Origin: Balanoglossus misakiensis
Lineage: Eukaryota; Animalia; Hemichordata
Reading direction: 5' to 3'
DNA: 64,000 nt
Assembly (NCBI GenBank): GCA_040954595.2
Contig: CM082582.2
Coordinates: forward strand, 1,596,303-1,660,302
Below the pieces are notes generated by a model. That model saw only the letters and a program-made list of their open reading frames with translations. It was not told the origin of the DNA and did not search any database. Below, piece after piece: positions 24,711 to 36,917 of the stretch. The number at the start of each line of letters is the position of its first letter. The first letter of the stretch is position 1. A program made the translations under genes and the position numbers.

Positions 24711-25075
24711 GGACACCTTTAGCATTGATGAGGTAATATAAGAATACATCTGATAAAGAATATTTTCACATCCCAATAAACCAAAATCCAAAACAACTGG
24801 AAGAGCCGTTTCTGACATAAGTGGACTTTTGGACCAAAAATGTCTAAAACTACCCACCCCCCTCCTCCCCAGTATTGATATTTGTCACATGTTTATGTAC
24901 ACCATAATAACAAATATTGTAGGTCCTTGTAAACCAAATTTTAAGAAATCGGAAAAGTGACCACTGAGAATTGACCAGAAATGACAAAAATAAAATGTAT
25001 TTTTAAAAATATAATTACTAATTTTTGTCATGCTGTAAAACAACTCACACGATTAATTGCATCTGAATCCACTAC

Positions 25076-25227
25076 CTGTAAAGTGACAACAAATTCTGTT
25101 GTGAATGATGCCAGCTGTCAGTTACAATCTTCATTGTTGAGATAATTCTTGCCTTCAAAATATTCTGTACTGCTGAGATTCTGTTTATATGACTGTGCTA
25201 TGAAATTCCCACCACACAAAGAATACA
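25076..25227 (-). pseudogene. Exon: CUB2 N-half with in-frame stop (VYSLCGGNFIAQSYKQNLSS...YLNNEDCN*QL...VTLQ)
   Basis: ttcag| ... |gtagtg, 152 bp, phase 1 to 0; TGA at 25118-25120 where CUB consensus C-x-W is expected. Confidence 0.85.
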
Positions 25228-25520
25228 CTGAAAGAAAGAAGAAGTCATCTTAACAGAAACACTTCACAAACAGGACATCAGCAAGATCACAGTCGAGGTA
25301 GGGCAAATATTGCCTACATGTGCAATCTATAATGTTATACCAGGTTCACGTAGGGTAAAATTCGAAACGTTTCAGAGACACTATTTGCCTAAGGTAAACA
25401 CAGAGCATTAATGCTTTTAGTTGCCTTGTGTCCACACATGCAAAGTTTATGTGTAGTTCGCGAAAATTTATCGTTTGCGAAAATTTCCAGTTTTACATTA
25501 TGTATAAAACTTGGTATTAC

Positions 25521-25722
25521 CTGCTTGCCAAGATGCTTCAAAGCCAGTAGCAGTATGCGAACTATCTGAGAGAAATTTCACCAACATTGCATTACCACTG
25601 CTAATAACTTCATCAGGCTGGTCCGGTCCACTGTATGTGGCAAGAACTTTGGATGGGTCAAACACAGACACCTCGACAATGACAACAGTATCATGATAAA
25701 GTTCAGTGTCAAAATGTAGAAA
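25521..25722 (-). pseudogene. Exon: CUB1 C-half (FLHFDTELYHD...FLSDSSHTATGFEASWQA)
   Basis: ttcag| ... |gtaata, 202 bp, phase 0 to 1; F.SD...GF.A CUB motif. Confidence 0.9.
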
Positions 25723-26085
25723 CTGAAAAGAATAAAAAATGTCACAACACACATCATAAATAGTGAGCTGTCTCAAGCCAATATACATGAAAATAAACAC
25801 AGTTTCATGACTTAAGCCCCATTAGCTGTAACTTTTTGCATTTTTCAGTATTTCTATTCTGTGTATCAATTATAGTTTCTTGTTCAGCTACGCAGGGCAG
25901 AGTTAAATCCATAGTCTTAACTTCTCAACGAAACCTATGAGGGCACAATCGGCATTGTTGTTGTTTGAAAACATTCGTAAATAATAACAACAGTCAGTAC
26001 ACATACACATGACTCGTTGACAAGCAGAGAGCTGGGTGTGATGGGTTACTCATGAGGAGAGGAACAAGAAAAAGTGGTTAATTTA

Positions 26086-26742
26086 AATAATAACACATGA
26101 TAGCGAGGGCAATATCACGATTTGAAGCCTGCATGAGGGATGGTGGTCTCTGACCATAATATTGATGATGCCCGAGCCGCAGGCGAGGGTATCATCAATA
26201 TTTTGGTCAGAGATCACCAGCCCGAGGGCAGGCTTCAAATCGTGATGTTGCCCGAGCATAATGTGTTATTAATTTTATTACGCCGAACATTTGAACGTAC
26301 ATACACTGCAGCATGTAGCATGTAGACTCGCGTCCATATGTCGTACGTTGCTGAGAATGTAAAATGTCTCGATCTCCCAAGAATTATACGATACCTACTT
26401 CGAACTTAGATTATTTTGAAAATACTGCGCTGTTGGTTGCGATTTTGGTGTATTTACTGCCCGTTTGCAGTAAAATATCATCCAGTAGAACAGGTGTTAA
26501 GCCTGTGTGTCGCTTTGAAGCCATGTAGATGCGGGAGTTGACTGATCGTGAAGGAAGCCATTGAACGACAGTTTGGAACGCGCAGAAGTCGTGCCCAGAA
26601 CACCAAAACAACCAAGTGGGCAATATCAGCGCACGCGACAGGGCTTTATCAACTCTAGCCATGTTATATCACTTTTTTTTCTATATCACGTGAGCGCGTC
26701 TCAGCCAATCACGAAAACGGTATAATACGTGAGGTGTAATAA
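26086..26742. mobile_element. Hairpin-headed non-autonomous element (possibly Crypton-type)
   Basis: ~185-bp imperfect palindrome at 26086-26270 with loop gagccgcaggcgag, then ttattacgcc ... agccaatca ... ggtgtaataa. Class is an inference. Confidence 0.5.
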
Positions 26743-27042
26743 ACACAAAACAAAATTACTGATAAACTAGCCTGAAGTTATAGATAATGGCCCTTTAATT
26801 CAAAAGTTTACCAAAAATCATGTTTGTTATAAGGAAGAAAAAAATCAAATTATTTTTTTTTTAGTTGAAATGAATTTAAATCTAATACATGTGTCTGTTT
26901 TTTTTTAAAGTGTTTGTATGTCGAATGGACGGGAAAAGGTGTTTTGTATAGGCAGGTTTCCAGATTAGACAGAGTTAGTGGTTTATGCAAGTTTTACTGT
27001 AAAAAATAACTGGTTTTGGAATTTGACAGTTTACAAGTGAGC

Positions 27043-27170
27043 ACTTATTCTGGATGTTGCAGGTCCCTGGATTGTCCAAATACATTCTTGTAGAATGTAA
27101 TAATTATCATCTGGGTATCCAGTGCTGTGAAAGGTCCCCGATTCACCAGTTTCCAAACCACCACATGTTC
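27043..27170 (-). pseudogene. Exon: CUB1 N-half (TCGGLETGESGTFHSTGYPDDNYYILQECIWTIQGPATSRI), 3' end damaged
   Basis: ttcag| acceptor; CGG, GYP..Y and C.W.I CUB motifs; no canonical donor, runs into a repeat also present at ~30340. Confidence 0.8.
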
Positions 27171-27455
27171 CTGAATATCATTAAAATAAAAAGAAAGAGT
27201 ATGTTTGTGTGATGAATGGTCATAAAGATTCAGCTCATCAAGTTGACGAAATTTCATTGATGATAAAATTACTTCACCAACAGTGAGTATCCAATGTACA
27301 TGTATAAAACAATGTTTGTATTAGTACATTTATCACACCCGAAAATTCCAAGAACCGCATATTATGATTCTCTAAGCTCAAACTATCAGTGTGACAGATG
27401 CCAGATTCTTAAAATACTTGGCCCAGTTTTGTTTCTGATTTATATTTATGACATA

Positions 27456-27646
27456 CTGTAAAACAGGAAATTTTTCATGATATCAAAAGTGGCAACTGTT
27501 ATGCGATGATTGATTTTCGCATTCTCATATTTCACGGCATTGCTATCTTCGAAAAACCTTTTGACACAACTTGTTTATTTTCGCGTTTTTTTGGCTCTCG
27601 CATAGTTCGCAAAAATGTATCGCTCGCGAAAATTTCCTGTTTACAG
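27456..27646. mobile_element. Family-A-related MITE
   Basis: TA|ctgtaaaacaggaaattt ... aaatttcctgtttacag|TA. Confidence 0.8.
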
Positions 27647-29088
27647 TACAAAATTCTTTGAGGATCAGACTTTCTGCTGACAGTTCAAAAGTAGTCTTTA
27701 GTTGCAAAGGAGATGATCATACAATTAAACCACGATCGTGACGTCACACTATTCAATAGACAAGTCATTCACTGAGAGAACCTCCGTCTCACACAAAACC
27801 ACAGGTTTAAAACCAAGTCCCGGGTAGTTCTAGAACTACCTCCGGGGGTTCTAGAACTACCGCAGGACTCAGTCTCACCTGTCGTAACAAAAATACAAAT
27901 ACACAATGCTTTATTTGCATAATTACATTTACTTCTATACCTGTATTCAAAGTACATTTCATTTGAATAGAGTAATTGTTATGTTAATTGAAAGCGAACT
28001 GGATATGCGACAGTCTCCGGATCATTTCATTCAATGCTTCACATTCACAGTTTTGTCTACTGACGTACAAAGCTAATGTCTTGGTGGCTCTCGAGAGTCT
28101 TCATAACATGATAATAAAAGTATAAAATAGACAAAAATCAATTCACCAGAAACAAACTAACGTTGCAATAAATTAACTACAAATTTCTAGAAAATTATAC
28201 TAAATCACATTATCCCCAGATTTGCTTGCATTACTCTAACCAGATGCTTCACTTCGATTTTGCTTCACTACCGACATGTAACAAGGTTGGCTGTTTTAGG
28301 CCTAAAACCCGCGTACCTTGCAAAATTCTGCTTACTTTTTGTTGCTGTTCACCAGACGTGGGTTTGTAATGTCGGACGGATTCACTTCGGTATCAAGTCT
28401 TTTCGCAGATGAGTTACTCACCAATATCGCTACCATACAGACGTGTTGCCGCTGTGGCTCGTAGAGAGTGGTTCGTTCAAAAGCCAGGGAGGCCAATACA
28501 CAGACGGGCAGTAGTACCATGTAGAGCATTGTTACCCGGTTTTTGCTTTACCAACATGTAGCCGCTTGTTTTCGCAGATGATATAGATCGGAACTACATG
28601 TATCTTCAGATCGATTTCATGGACATTTGAAGGAAAATAAAAAAAAAACGTGACACTTACATGTAGGCCTTCTGCATTTGGCCTAGAAAATTTTCGCGTA
28701 AGCTTACCATGTGCACGCAAAACCCCAATAGCTGTAACGCTTCCCATAATACACTACGTAACACACCTGTAAAGTTTAATTTGATGCAAATTAGTGTTTG
28801 AAATTAGCATATCACTCTGACACGTAAGCATGAACATTTAGAGTAACACCTGTCAAGCGTGGGCGATCTTGTAAGGCCCAGCAGGGCGGTCTAGAACTAC
28901 CTGCCCACGACATGATTCATTTATAGGAAAAGGGGTGGCCAACCAAATTTCACAGTCAGCAATGAAGAATAAGCCTCTTTTGATAAGCTTTTGTTCGTTC
29001 ATTTTATTGAATCGTTGAGTAAAACGACGTCTTTGTGGTACACGAAGCTCCAATGGTGACAATGTCTGTGGGGGGTCGTGGTTTAAGT

Positions 29089-29193
29089 TAGAGAACCACC
29101 TCCCCCTCAGTGGTTCTTGGTTTCCAATCGCCTCGGGCCTGCGGCCCTCGGCAATTCGAAACCAAGAACCACCTCGGGGTCGGTGGTTCTCTA
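29089..29193. repeat. ~105-bp palindrome, probable terminus of a hairpin-headed element
   Basis: tagagaaccacc..gtggttcttggtttc / gaaaccaagaaccac..ggtggttctcta with loop gggcctgcggccc. Confidence 0.8.
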
Positions 29194-29399
29194 TTACATA
29201 AATAGTCTAAAAGAAATTGTTAAGTAAACATAACCATACAATTAATGAGTGGAATTATCTAGCGACAACTGGCCTCAATTTTGAATTTCAAATATAACAC
29301 CATTCTGCACCCAAGGAGACATCACATGATCTGATCCCCCTTGTTTAACTTTTAGTGGTGAGCTCTTCCAAGTATATCTTGTATTGCTTAGGGGACTCT

Positions 29400-29690
29400 A
29401 ACTCTCTCTCCTTCCCTCCCTTCCACCCCCTCCCCCTCCCTCTCTAGCTCTCTCCCTCCCCTCTCCCGCCCCTCTCCCTCCCCTCTCCCGCCCCTCTCCC
29501 TCCCTCCCACCCCTCTCTAGCTCTCTCTCCCTCCCTACCCCCCTCTACCCCTCCCTCTAGTTCTCTCTCCCCCTCTCCCTCACTACCACCCTCCCTCCCT
29601 CCCTCCCTGTCACTCTCCAGCTCTCTCTCCCTCCCCTCTCACTCTCCCCTCCCAGCCTCTCCCTCCCGCTCTTTTGCACACACTCTCTCT
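29400..29690 (+). repeat. Polypyrimidine (C/CT-rich) low-complexity tract
   Basis: ~290 bp of ctccct/ccctct repeats. Confidence 0.9.
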
Positions 29691-29785
29691 TAGTATATAT
29701 ATTGGGAGGTGACTACAGCAGTGCGAGAAAAGTAAAGACCTGATGCGAGTAAGGGAAGATTCTAGCTGATTTGAATCAGACTTAC

Positions 29786-30001
29786 CTTCAGCACAAGCTG
29801 CTACTTCACACATTGACAGACTGACATCATCACATCTTGCATGATACAATGGGTAATTATTTTCAAAGAGGTTTAACCTCACACATTGCCCAGTGGAGGC
29901 ATCAGGTTCTGTGTCTGCCCATCGACCATCAAAGACACTACCTTTCCTGCCATCTGAATAATCATATTCCACACTGCCATCTCGATTGGGTCCACTAAAT
30001 C
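29786..30001 (-). pseudogene. Exon: C-type lectin part 3 (...WADTEPDASTGQCV...RCDDVSLSMCEVAACAEG)
   Basis: tatag| ... |gtaagt, 216 bp, phase 1 to 1; W..EP..CV..C..CE lectin pattern. Confidence 0.85.
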
Positions 30002-30037
30002 CTATAAAATGGAAATAAAGAAAGAAGATGCATACAG

Positions 30038-30233
30038 CAGTGTTTCATCCAGGATGGGGGGGGGGGGGATATGTCCCCCTTTGCTTGAATAGTTGCACTC
30101 TTGCAAGGAGGGGAATGAGTGACATCGCTGAGTCTGTAAGGGGCACCATTTCCCCCTTGACAAATTTCTAGGGGGGTGCCAACATGCTGACAGTGGGCGA
30201 ATTCCCTCATCCCTCCATCTGGATGAAAAACTG
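30038..30233. mobile_element. hAT- or P-like MITE with 7-8 bp target duplication
   Basis: catacag|cagtgtttcatccag ... ctggatgaaaaactg|catacag. Confidence 0.8.
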
Positions 30234-30446
30234 CATACAGAGTCACTTAATAGCAAGATTTTGTGAGGTTATTGAGATGTAAAAAATAGGCTTTTCAATT
30301 ACCATCTTGAGACAATTATCATTCAAGTGTTACTATGCAGTGCTTACTTGTAAACTGTCAAATTCCAAAACCAGTTATTTTTTACACTTGATACACCCAC
30401 AAATTATTTGGGAACACTGACAAACACTGTTAAAAGACACACTCAC

Positions 30447-30565
30447 CAATCCAACCATGGTTCGCTGTTTCATTGGAAGTCTCTTCAATCTGGTTTACAA
30501 TCTCTGCTCCAGCATAACGATTTTCAGAATAACCCTCAATTACTGTCAAGTGCCCACCATAAAAT
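30447..30565 (-). pseudogene. Exon: C-type lectin part 2 (FYGGHLTVIEGYSEN...HGWIG)
   Basis: ttcag| ... |gtgagt, 119 bp, phase 2 to 1; GGHL..I...EN and WIG motifs. Confidence 0.85.
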
Positions 30566-31301
30566 CTGAACATAAACCAATTTATAACACATCAAACATG
30601 TTCCAAACTAATTTCGAAATTCCAGTCCGTGAATAATACATTTCCTCTTTGAAAACATTTAATATTGGTGAATAAGAGGTTCATAAATGTATAACATTAG
30701 ATTTTTGTTTGTAAAGTCTATATTTTGTGTTACACCTTTCCAATAAGTGTGTGATTAGTGTAGATTTCGGCAGAATTTCTGGGAAAAAAGAATCTGTGAA
30801 AAATTCACCTGAATTTTGGGGAGAAAAAAAATTGCTGAACGTTTCCTTTGAATAAAAAAGTTCAGCTTATTTCTTTTAGAGAAAACATGACAATTTCCAG
30901 GAAATGGCTGTTGTTGTTTTTTTTTTAGGTGTGAATAAACTTAAAAGACAAATTCTGATACAGTTGCATCAAGGTGATGGAAGAAAATCCCAGATTAACA
31001 GGATATTTGGAGAATTTATCCAGAATTTCAAAATTAGTTCGAAATGTGACATTGTGTTATCAATGATCTGTGTTGAGCAGTCGAACGATGAACGGGTAGT
31101 TGACAATTCCCACGAGCACACCCGTATCTTTCCTCGGTAGTTGCGCCGGGCCGGTCGGCAATGTAACAGAAAAAGTGGTACGATATGCCAGCTGAGCCGT
31201 CGCTAGTCTACAATTCCGAGTCTACAAGGCCGTCTCTAACTAAAAATTATAATAACTATCGAGGTACGTGACAATTATATCAGCGAATGTGGGGCTGGGG
31301 G

Positions 31302-31617
31302 TTGCTGCAGTTTGCAGCCCCTCCATCTCCCCTGGACGATTTTTGTTTTTGCGGGGCTGCAGGTCCCAGCTATTCTAAACCGCACAACGAGCGACCGGGA
31401 TTTGGGCCCGGAGCAAATTTCTACACTCCAGACGTCTCCAGTCCACAATTTTCCACAATTTTTTCGCCAAATCGGTCCCGGAACCCATACAGCGCTTACC
31501 TGGCAAAGGATGTCGCGGTATTTGTCGATTTTGCCTACGTTTTCCCCAGTTATTCAACTTCAATCGGCAAAACCAAAACTCGTTCAGGGGAGATGGAGGG
31601 GCTGCAAACTGCAGCAA
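31302..31617. mobile_element. MITE with ~51-bp TIRs and 10-bp TSD (Mutator-like)
   Basis: gggctggggg|ttgctgcagtttgcagcccctccatctcccctg ... caggggagatggaggggctgcaaactgcagcaa|gggctggggg. Confidence 0.85.
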
Positions 31618-34600
31618 GGGCTGGGGGCTGCAGGCAGAATATATGACCAAAGGATACGCGTGAAAAAAAGACAATTACCTACTTTGCTACCGTGGGTCTT
31701 TGACTAATTAAAACATGATAACGTGCATCAAAGCCAGCCGAGGCTTCAGGGGCATAGTATTCCTGAGTTTATACGCGAAGAAACCAAGAAATATTCATGA
31801 GTATGTAGACGGAACTTGTCTTTTAGCTCAAATTTGACCTGGCTTGAGGTCACTGTGACAGCGCAGCCAGCGGTAGAATTGGGGTAGGCATGAAGAACAT
31901 ATCTACTACAAAAACTGGTGAGGGCGGGGGGGGGAGATGGGGGGGGGGTGGGGGCTTTTCAGTTTAGTCACGGTCCTTGGTTTTGGCCTTCGGCTTCACT
32001 AGAAAAGCCAAAAAACCACAATGCCGAAGGCCAACTCGTCGAAGCTCCTGGTACGTCTATGGCAGAAGTCAGTATTTACATGTTCTGACTCGGTACACGC
32101 CATGCACTTGCCAAGAGATTCCACGAGGAATACCATGATGATGAACGGCTCGGGCGTCTTCGTGTGCACGAAGACACGATACTAGACTTCATTGACCCTG
32201 TCTCATTCTTTTCTTTTCATGCGCATAAGGACATGAAAAGTCGACCTAACCTTTTGTTTTATCACTTACTGTGGTTTTATAGGGATGCTGTGAGTGAAAA
32301 AGTGGCACATTCGGGTTGTTGCCTTATACTTAATTTCTCCATTTCTATTGGAGCAGGCTACACCGGGCCCAGGGTCGAACTTAAACCAATTTGCAGCCGT
32401 GATGGTCGAACAATGTCCGACAAACTTTAGGCACGTCAAGCTTATGCCTTCCTGGGTCGCCCGACAAGAATGAACTTCTATTTTAACGATAGGGCCTATT
32501 CCAATCGATACCCGCCGTATCAGTCACGCAATAATGAACACGAAATCCAGATCCCCCAAAATGATGTTTCACTAGACTCGGGGAGAGTGCTGTTTAGTAC
32601 CAACAGGCAATTAAAGGTATACGGTCACCTATGGAAAATTAGCTATAGTTACCATGGCAAATTGAGATGTAGCCAATCACAGATTTTTAGTGGGTGGCAC
32701 ACGCGAAAAAAGAGCGCCGCCATATGTTCTCATCTCAGCCATATATGGTCCTATGTAACCACCTCATGTCATTTACAGAATTGGAACACCCTAAAGAATG
32801 TCATGCAGACAATGTCACGTGTTGTTCCATGACCAACCAAACAACAAACTCATGTCCAAATCAATTAAATTCCAAAGAATGCTCCAAATATGCAGAATTG
32901 CCACGCAAGTCGAGCATACTTAAGCACTCTGCACAACTGAAACATAAAATCCAAGCTTTTAACAATACAACAATAAACAATCCATTCTGATCGAATTAAT
33001 GACCAAATAAAACGAAAAACACAACTCGACCCACAAAAAGTATACGAAGCGCTTTTAATCGCTCATTAATGTTTGATCTCGAGGAGACGTGTTAAAAAAT
33101 CCGCTATGAAAAGCAGGGGAGAACAATAGCCTATTTTTACCAGGTAAACAAACACCAGGTAAAAATCCACCCATGCTTCCAGACCGCTCTAGGATAGTGA
33201 TCCACCCAATGAAACTGTATCTCTTTAACTTTAATTTGCAAACTCGTGGAATTGATCATTTTATAAATCGCTCCATTTTGACGTTTTCTCTGTGGTTTGT
33301 TAATACGAATTTTGTCTGTGCCAAATCTGTCCTCTAATACTGTCACTTGTATTAGAGTTCAAATAACACAGAAGTATAATACAACGTTTTGAAAAAGACA
33401 GACATTTTTCGTGGGAACGGTGATATACTTAGGCCACACTCGAGCTAAAAACAAAAGTCTATATTTTATCAAAAATGCCTTGGACGCACAAACATCTACA
33501 GGATGTGGAAGGGGCGGGTCAAAACCGCGATCTACAACTGTGCCTCCCCCCCCCCCCCGGCTGTCTTGCTTCTATTTGGAGTGTCAATGTGTGATTTAGC
33601 GTTGTTTGCGGCAGATACTAAGCTTTGTTCTTGTTTCACTCCATTTGCTGCATTGTGCTGTGCTCTGGTATTTCTCCAGGGTCTACGGTTACACTATAGG
33701 CTGATTAGTCGTATCTTTACTACACAGACAAAAAACTTCGAAGCTTTATGTCTGTGCCTTTTATGAACAAGCATCGTCCGATTCGAATTCGACTCGTCAT
33801 CGGTAGCTATGTTTATTTCGCCCTTGGAGACCTCCCCTGGCCTCGTTAGGATGACTGTTACCAGGACTACCTTAAACCAATCTTTTCGAACCGGACGGTA
33901 CACACGACATGTCTATGTTAATTGTCCAGGTACCAGAGTGTACGTGTGGGCTCCCTAAACCCCTCATTGGCGGCCGGTCCCTGTCCGAATAAACACGTTT
34001 GACAGACAAAAAATGATGAACAAGTGGCTTACTTCAATACTTCGTTAACTAGACGGCTGAACTCTGAATGTTGATTCAGCAAAAAAATGTGTTTACGGCA
34101 AGGTTTTGATCAATACGACACATTTACCATTGAAAACGCCCAAAGTAAGTGGGGGCGTTTGACCATCAATCAAACCCACGCCCAGGTGCATGTGAACGGC
34201 CGAAGCAGTGTAACGTTTCACATTCCGTGCAACGTCCGACACTGTGTGAAAGCGGTTGCTGTCGGGTGGCTTGACCTAATTTTCGTACATTGATATGCAT
34301 TTGACACCTCACTACCTGTTTTCTTAATATTGCTAAAACTTTGCGTTGAAATATCACTGAAATGTTGATGATCCACGCACAAGTCGTCTACCCCGGCATG
34401 AAAAGCTTTTATACAAGAAAACTAATTGGACATGACCACCAAGGTCATACCGCAAGGTGTGTCTAAATGTCAAGGAAGGACATTGGGAGGGGGGACTTGG
34501 GTCGAGAACGACCATGACGGAGGAAAAACCGACAAGTCATTGTGTAACCTGTTTACTTGCCAATAGTCAAACGTCAAAATTTACTCTCAACTTGGTTGCA

Positions 34601-35307
34601 GATCGAGTCTCCCGAATTTCCAACTTTTATGATTGGGTAAATACCGATATGCGACTGGTATGCGACGCGTTGACGACGCGAAGATTTTGTTGAAATCAAA
34701 TGGTTTGTCAAATGTCATCTCACAGTGGAGATACCGTGGTCATCTGACATGAAAGGGTTCGATTGGGTCTGACCGCCGTCGTTCATCCATGCTTAGAAAG
34801 CGGCGATCATGGTACAATGTAAAACCAAGGTCAAACCTTACTGAACACATGTATTGCATGGAGAAACTTTTCTCCCTGTCTGTGTACTGAACACGTACCG
34901 TGATTGCCATAGTTACAAACGTTACCACGTGAGAGAGAGTGCATTTTACATCTGTCTTTTCAATTTTGTTGCTTTCTTACTATTCGGAATGATGGAGTCG
35001 AAACGAAAACTTTTTGCTTCAGGTGGACCTAGGGGAAATACCTTATTTGTGACTTTTTTCATGACCCTAAAAAGACGTCGGAATTAATGTGGCTGAGGTC
35101 ACTCAGGACGACGGAATGGTTGAGCGATTTTATTTTATGAGCTCCCACTAGTATTTGTTTTATTGTTTCGGCAGTGTGTCGCGTTATTCGAGCAATCTGC
35201 AGTCTGAAAACGAACGGTTTTCAAAGTTTATAACAGAAGAACAGGGGTTTAAGCATGAAAGGTCCTGTTGTCTCCCTCGCTGTGTTTGTGTCACTGTGTC
35301 TTTGACG

Positions 35308-35505
35308 TCTGACTGACTGATTAACTGGCTGACTGACTTACTGACTGTCTGTCAACGTCGGTCTGTCTGACTGTCTGCCCCCTCTCTCTGAGAGAGAGAG
35401 TGAGCGAGCGAGCGAGCGAGCGACCGATGAGTGTCTATACTGATGAATGTTGCTCTGTCTGTCTGCTTGTGTCTGTCTGCCACTCTGCCTGTTTCACTCT
35501 GTCTC
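35308..35505 (+). repeat. Compound microsatellite (GACT)n/(GA)n/(GAGC)n/(TGTC)n
   Basis: Directly visible simple repeats. Confidence 0.85.
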
Positions 35506-36138
35506 TCCTAATTTCTTTAAATTTAGGGATATGCTATTAATGCGATATGAAAGTCAGACACGACGGAAACCTTTTATTCTCAAAACTGTCTGTTGTTTGC
35601 TGTTAAATATTGCAAAATGTTAAGGGCCCTTTTCGCACGAGACACATGGCTTTGCAGCCGTAGCTCCCAATGTCATAACGATTACCCGAACTACCCTAAT
35701 TTTAGCCCGCCGACCCAAAACAGTTTAGATCTTCGTAAACCGGAAGTAAAAATAACGATGTCAAATATACAACAATTCATGAAAATTGCGAGAATCACGC
35801 AAGAACTATGATGTCATTCTTCTACACTACGACGGCCAAAGATATAAAAAAATTGAAAAATAAAAAAATGTCCCTTTCTACCTACCCTATTTTTGAAAAC
35901 CATGTAATCGGAATAGCACATATTAGTTTTTTTGGCCTGAGACATATCCAATTTCCCAACTGAACATGACACGTGATCAAGCATTTTCGACTTATCAGAT
36001 GCAATCGCTGAACACCTCACACTAAGCGAGGTTTTGTCTGTCTTTATACGCGCCCTTTGTATTTGTGCGTGACATGTCCAAGCCTTGTTAGGATCTCCCA
36101 TAAAATTCTACTCAAATGATGTATACTTTCATACTTAC

Positions 36139-36220
36139 GACTGACAGGTATTTTCAGCGTTGCCAGCTGATTGTTTGTCAGGTACCGCTTTATAACAAGA
36201 CGCCCCTCTGAGTTGATAAC
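36139..36220 (-). pseudogene. Exon: C-type lectin part 1 (GYQLRGASCYKAVPDKQSAGNAENTCQS)
   Basis: tgcag| ... |gtaagt, 82 bp, phase 1 to 2; CY and A..C lectin motifs. Confidence 0.85.
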
Positions 36221-36283
36221 CTGCAATGTAACATCATTCAATTGGTCTAGTCATGTTAGCATTAGTAAAATGCTTCAAAAGTG

Positions 36284-36582
36284 TTAAAGGGACATGATAC
36301 AAGACACCGTTTATGTTAGTGAATGAACGTTCAACCACACACAACTTCCATCCCGCTTGTATGATACGAGAGTAAAAACCCGCCCGAAATGAATAAATGG
36401 TAGAGACCGTTTATTCATTTTGGCGACTTTTTAAAACTCTCGTGTCTATACAAGCGGAGTGGAAGGTGTGTATGGTTGAACGTTGATTCACTATATCCAC
36501 ATGTAGAATAATATAAACGCAGTCTTGTATCAAACATAATTAATGGAAAAAGGGCAGCGAGAGAGAGACTTTGTCCCTTTAA
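36284..36582. mobile_element. Family K MITE
   Basis: TTAA-agggaca ... tttgtccct-TTAA with the same palindromic body. Confidence 0.85.
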
Positions 36583-36917
36583 TGAATACAGCCACAATGT
36601 TCTGTTTATATCTACTGACGGACCATGCATGGATTGTCACGTATAATTCTTTGAAACGTTTGGTCCTCTGAAGAAATCTGAGCACTCATCTACTCAGTTT
36701 GCTTATTTTGTCTTCCTCCACCAGTCAGTGGTATCGTCCGAATTGATACTCCACTCTAAGCCTCTTTCTGAATGGCTATTTAAGTTGTGATCTGTAAGTC
36801 TTAAACCTTTCATCACCCCCCCCCCCGTTTCCTCTTTAGAGGTCCAACATTACCATAGAAAACAATTGGTTTTGACTGAACCATGTTGGTGAAAGGGCTA
36901 GGGTCAATTCAACTTAC

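Noticed and set aside
25118-25120. Selenocysteine or alternative-code reading of the TGA
   Set aside because: Other Trp codons are TGG, the position is Trp rather than Cys, and other independent lesions point to pseudogenisation.
33400-35300. GC-richer stretch with several short ORFs as a gene or transposase
   Set aside because: No recognisable motif, termini or consistent splice structure could be supported by eye.
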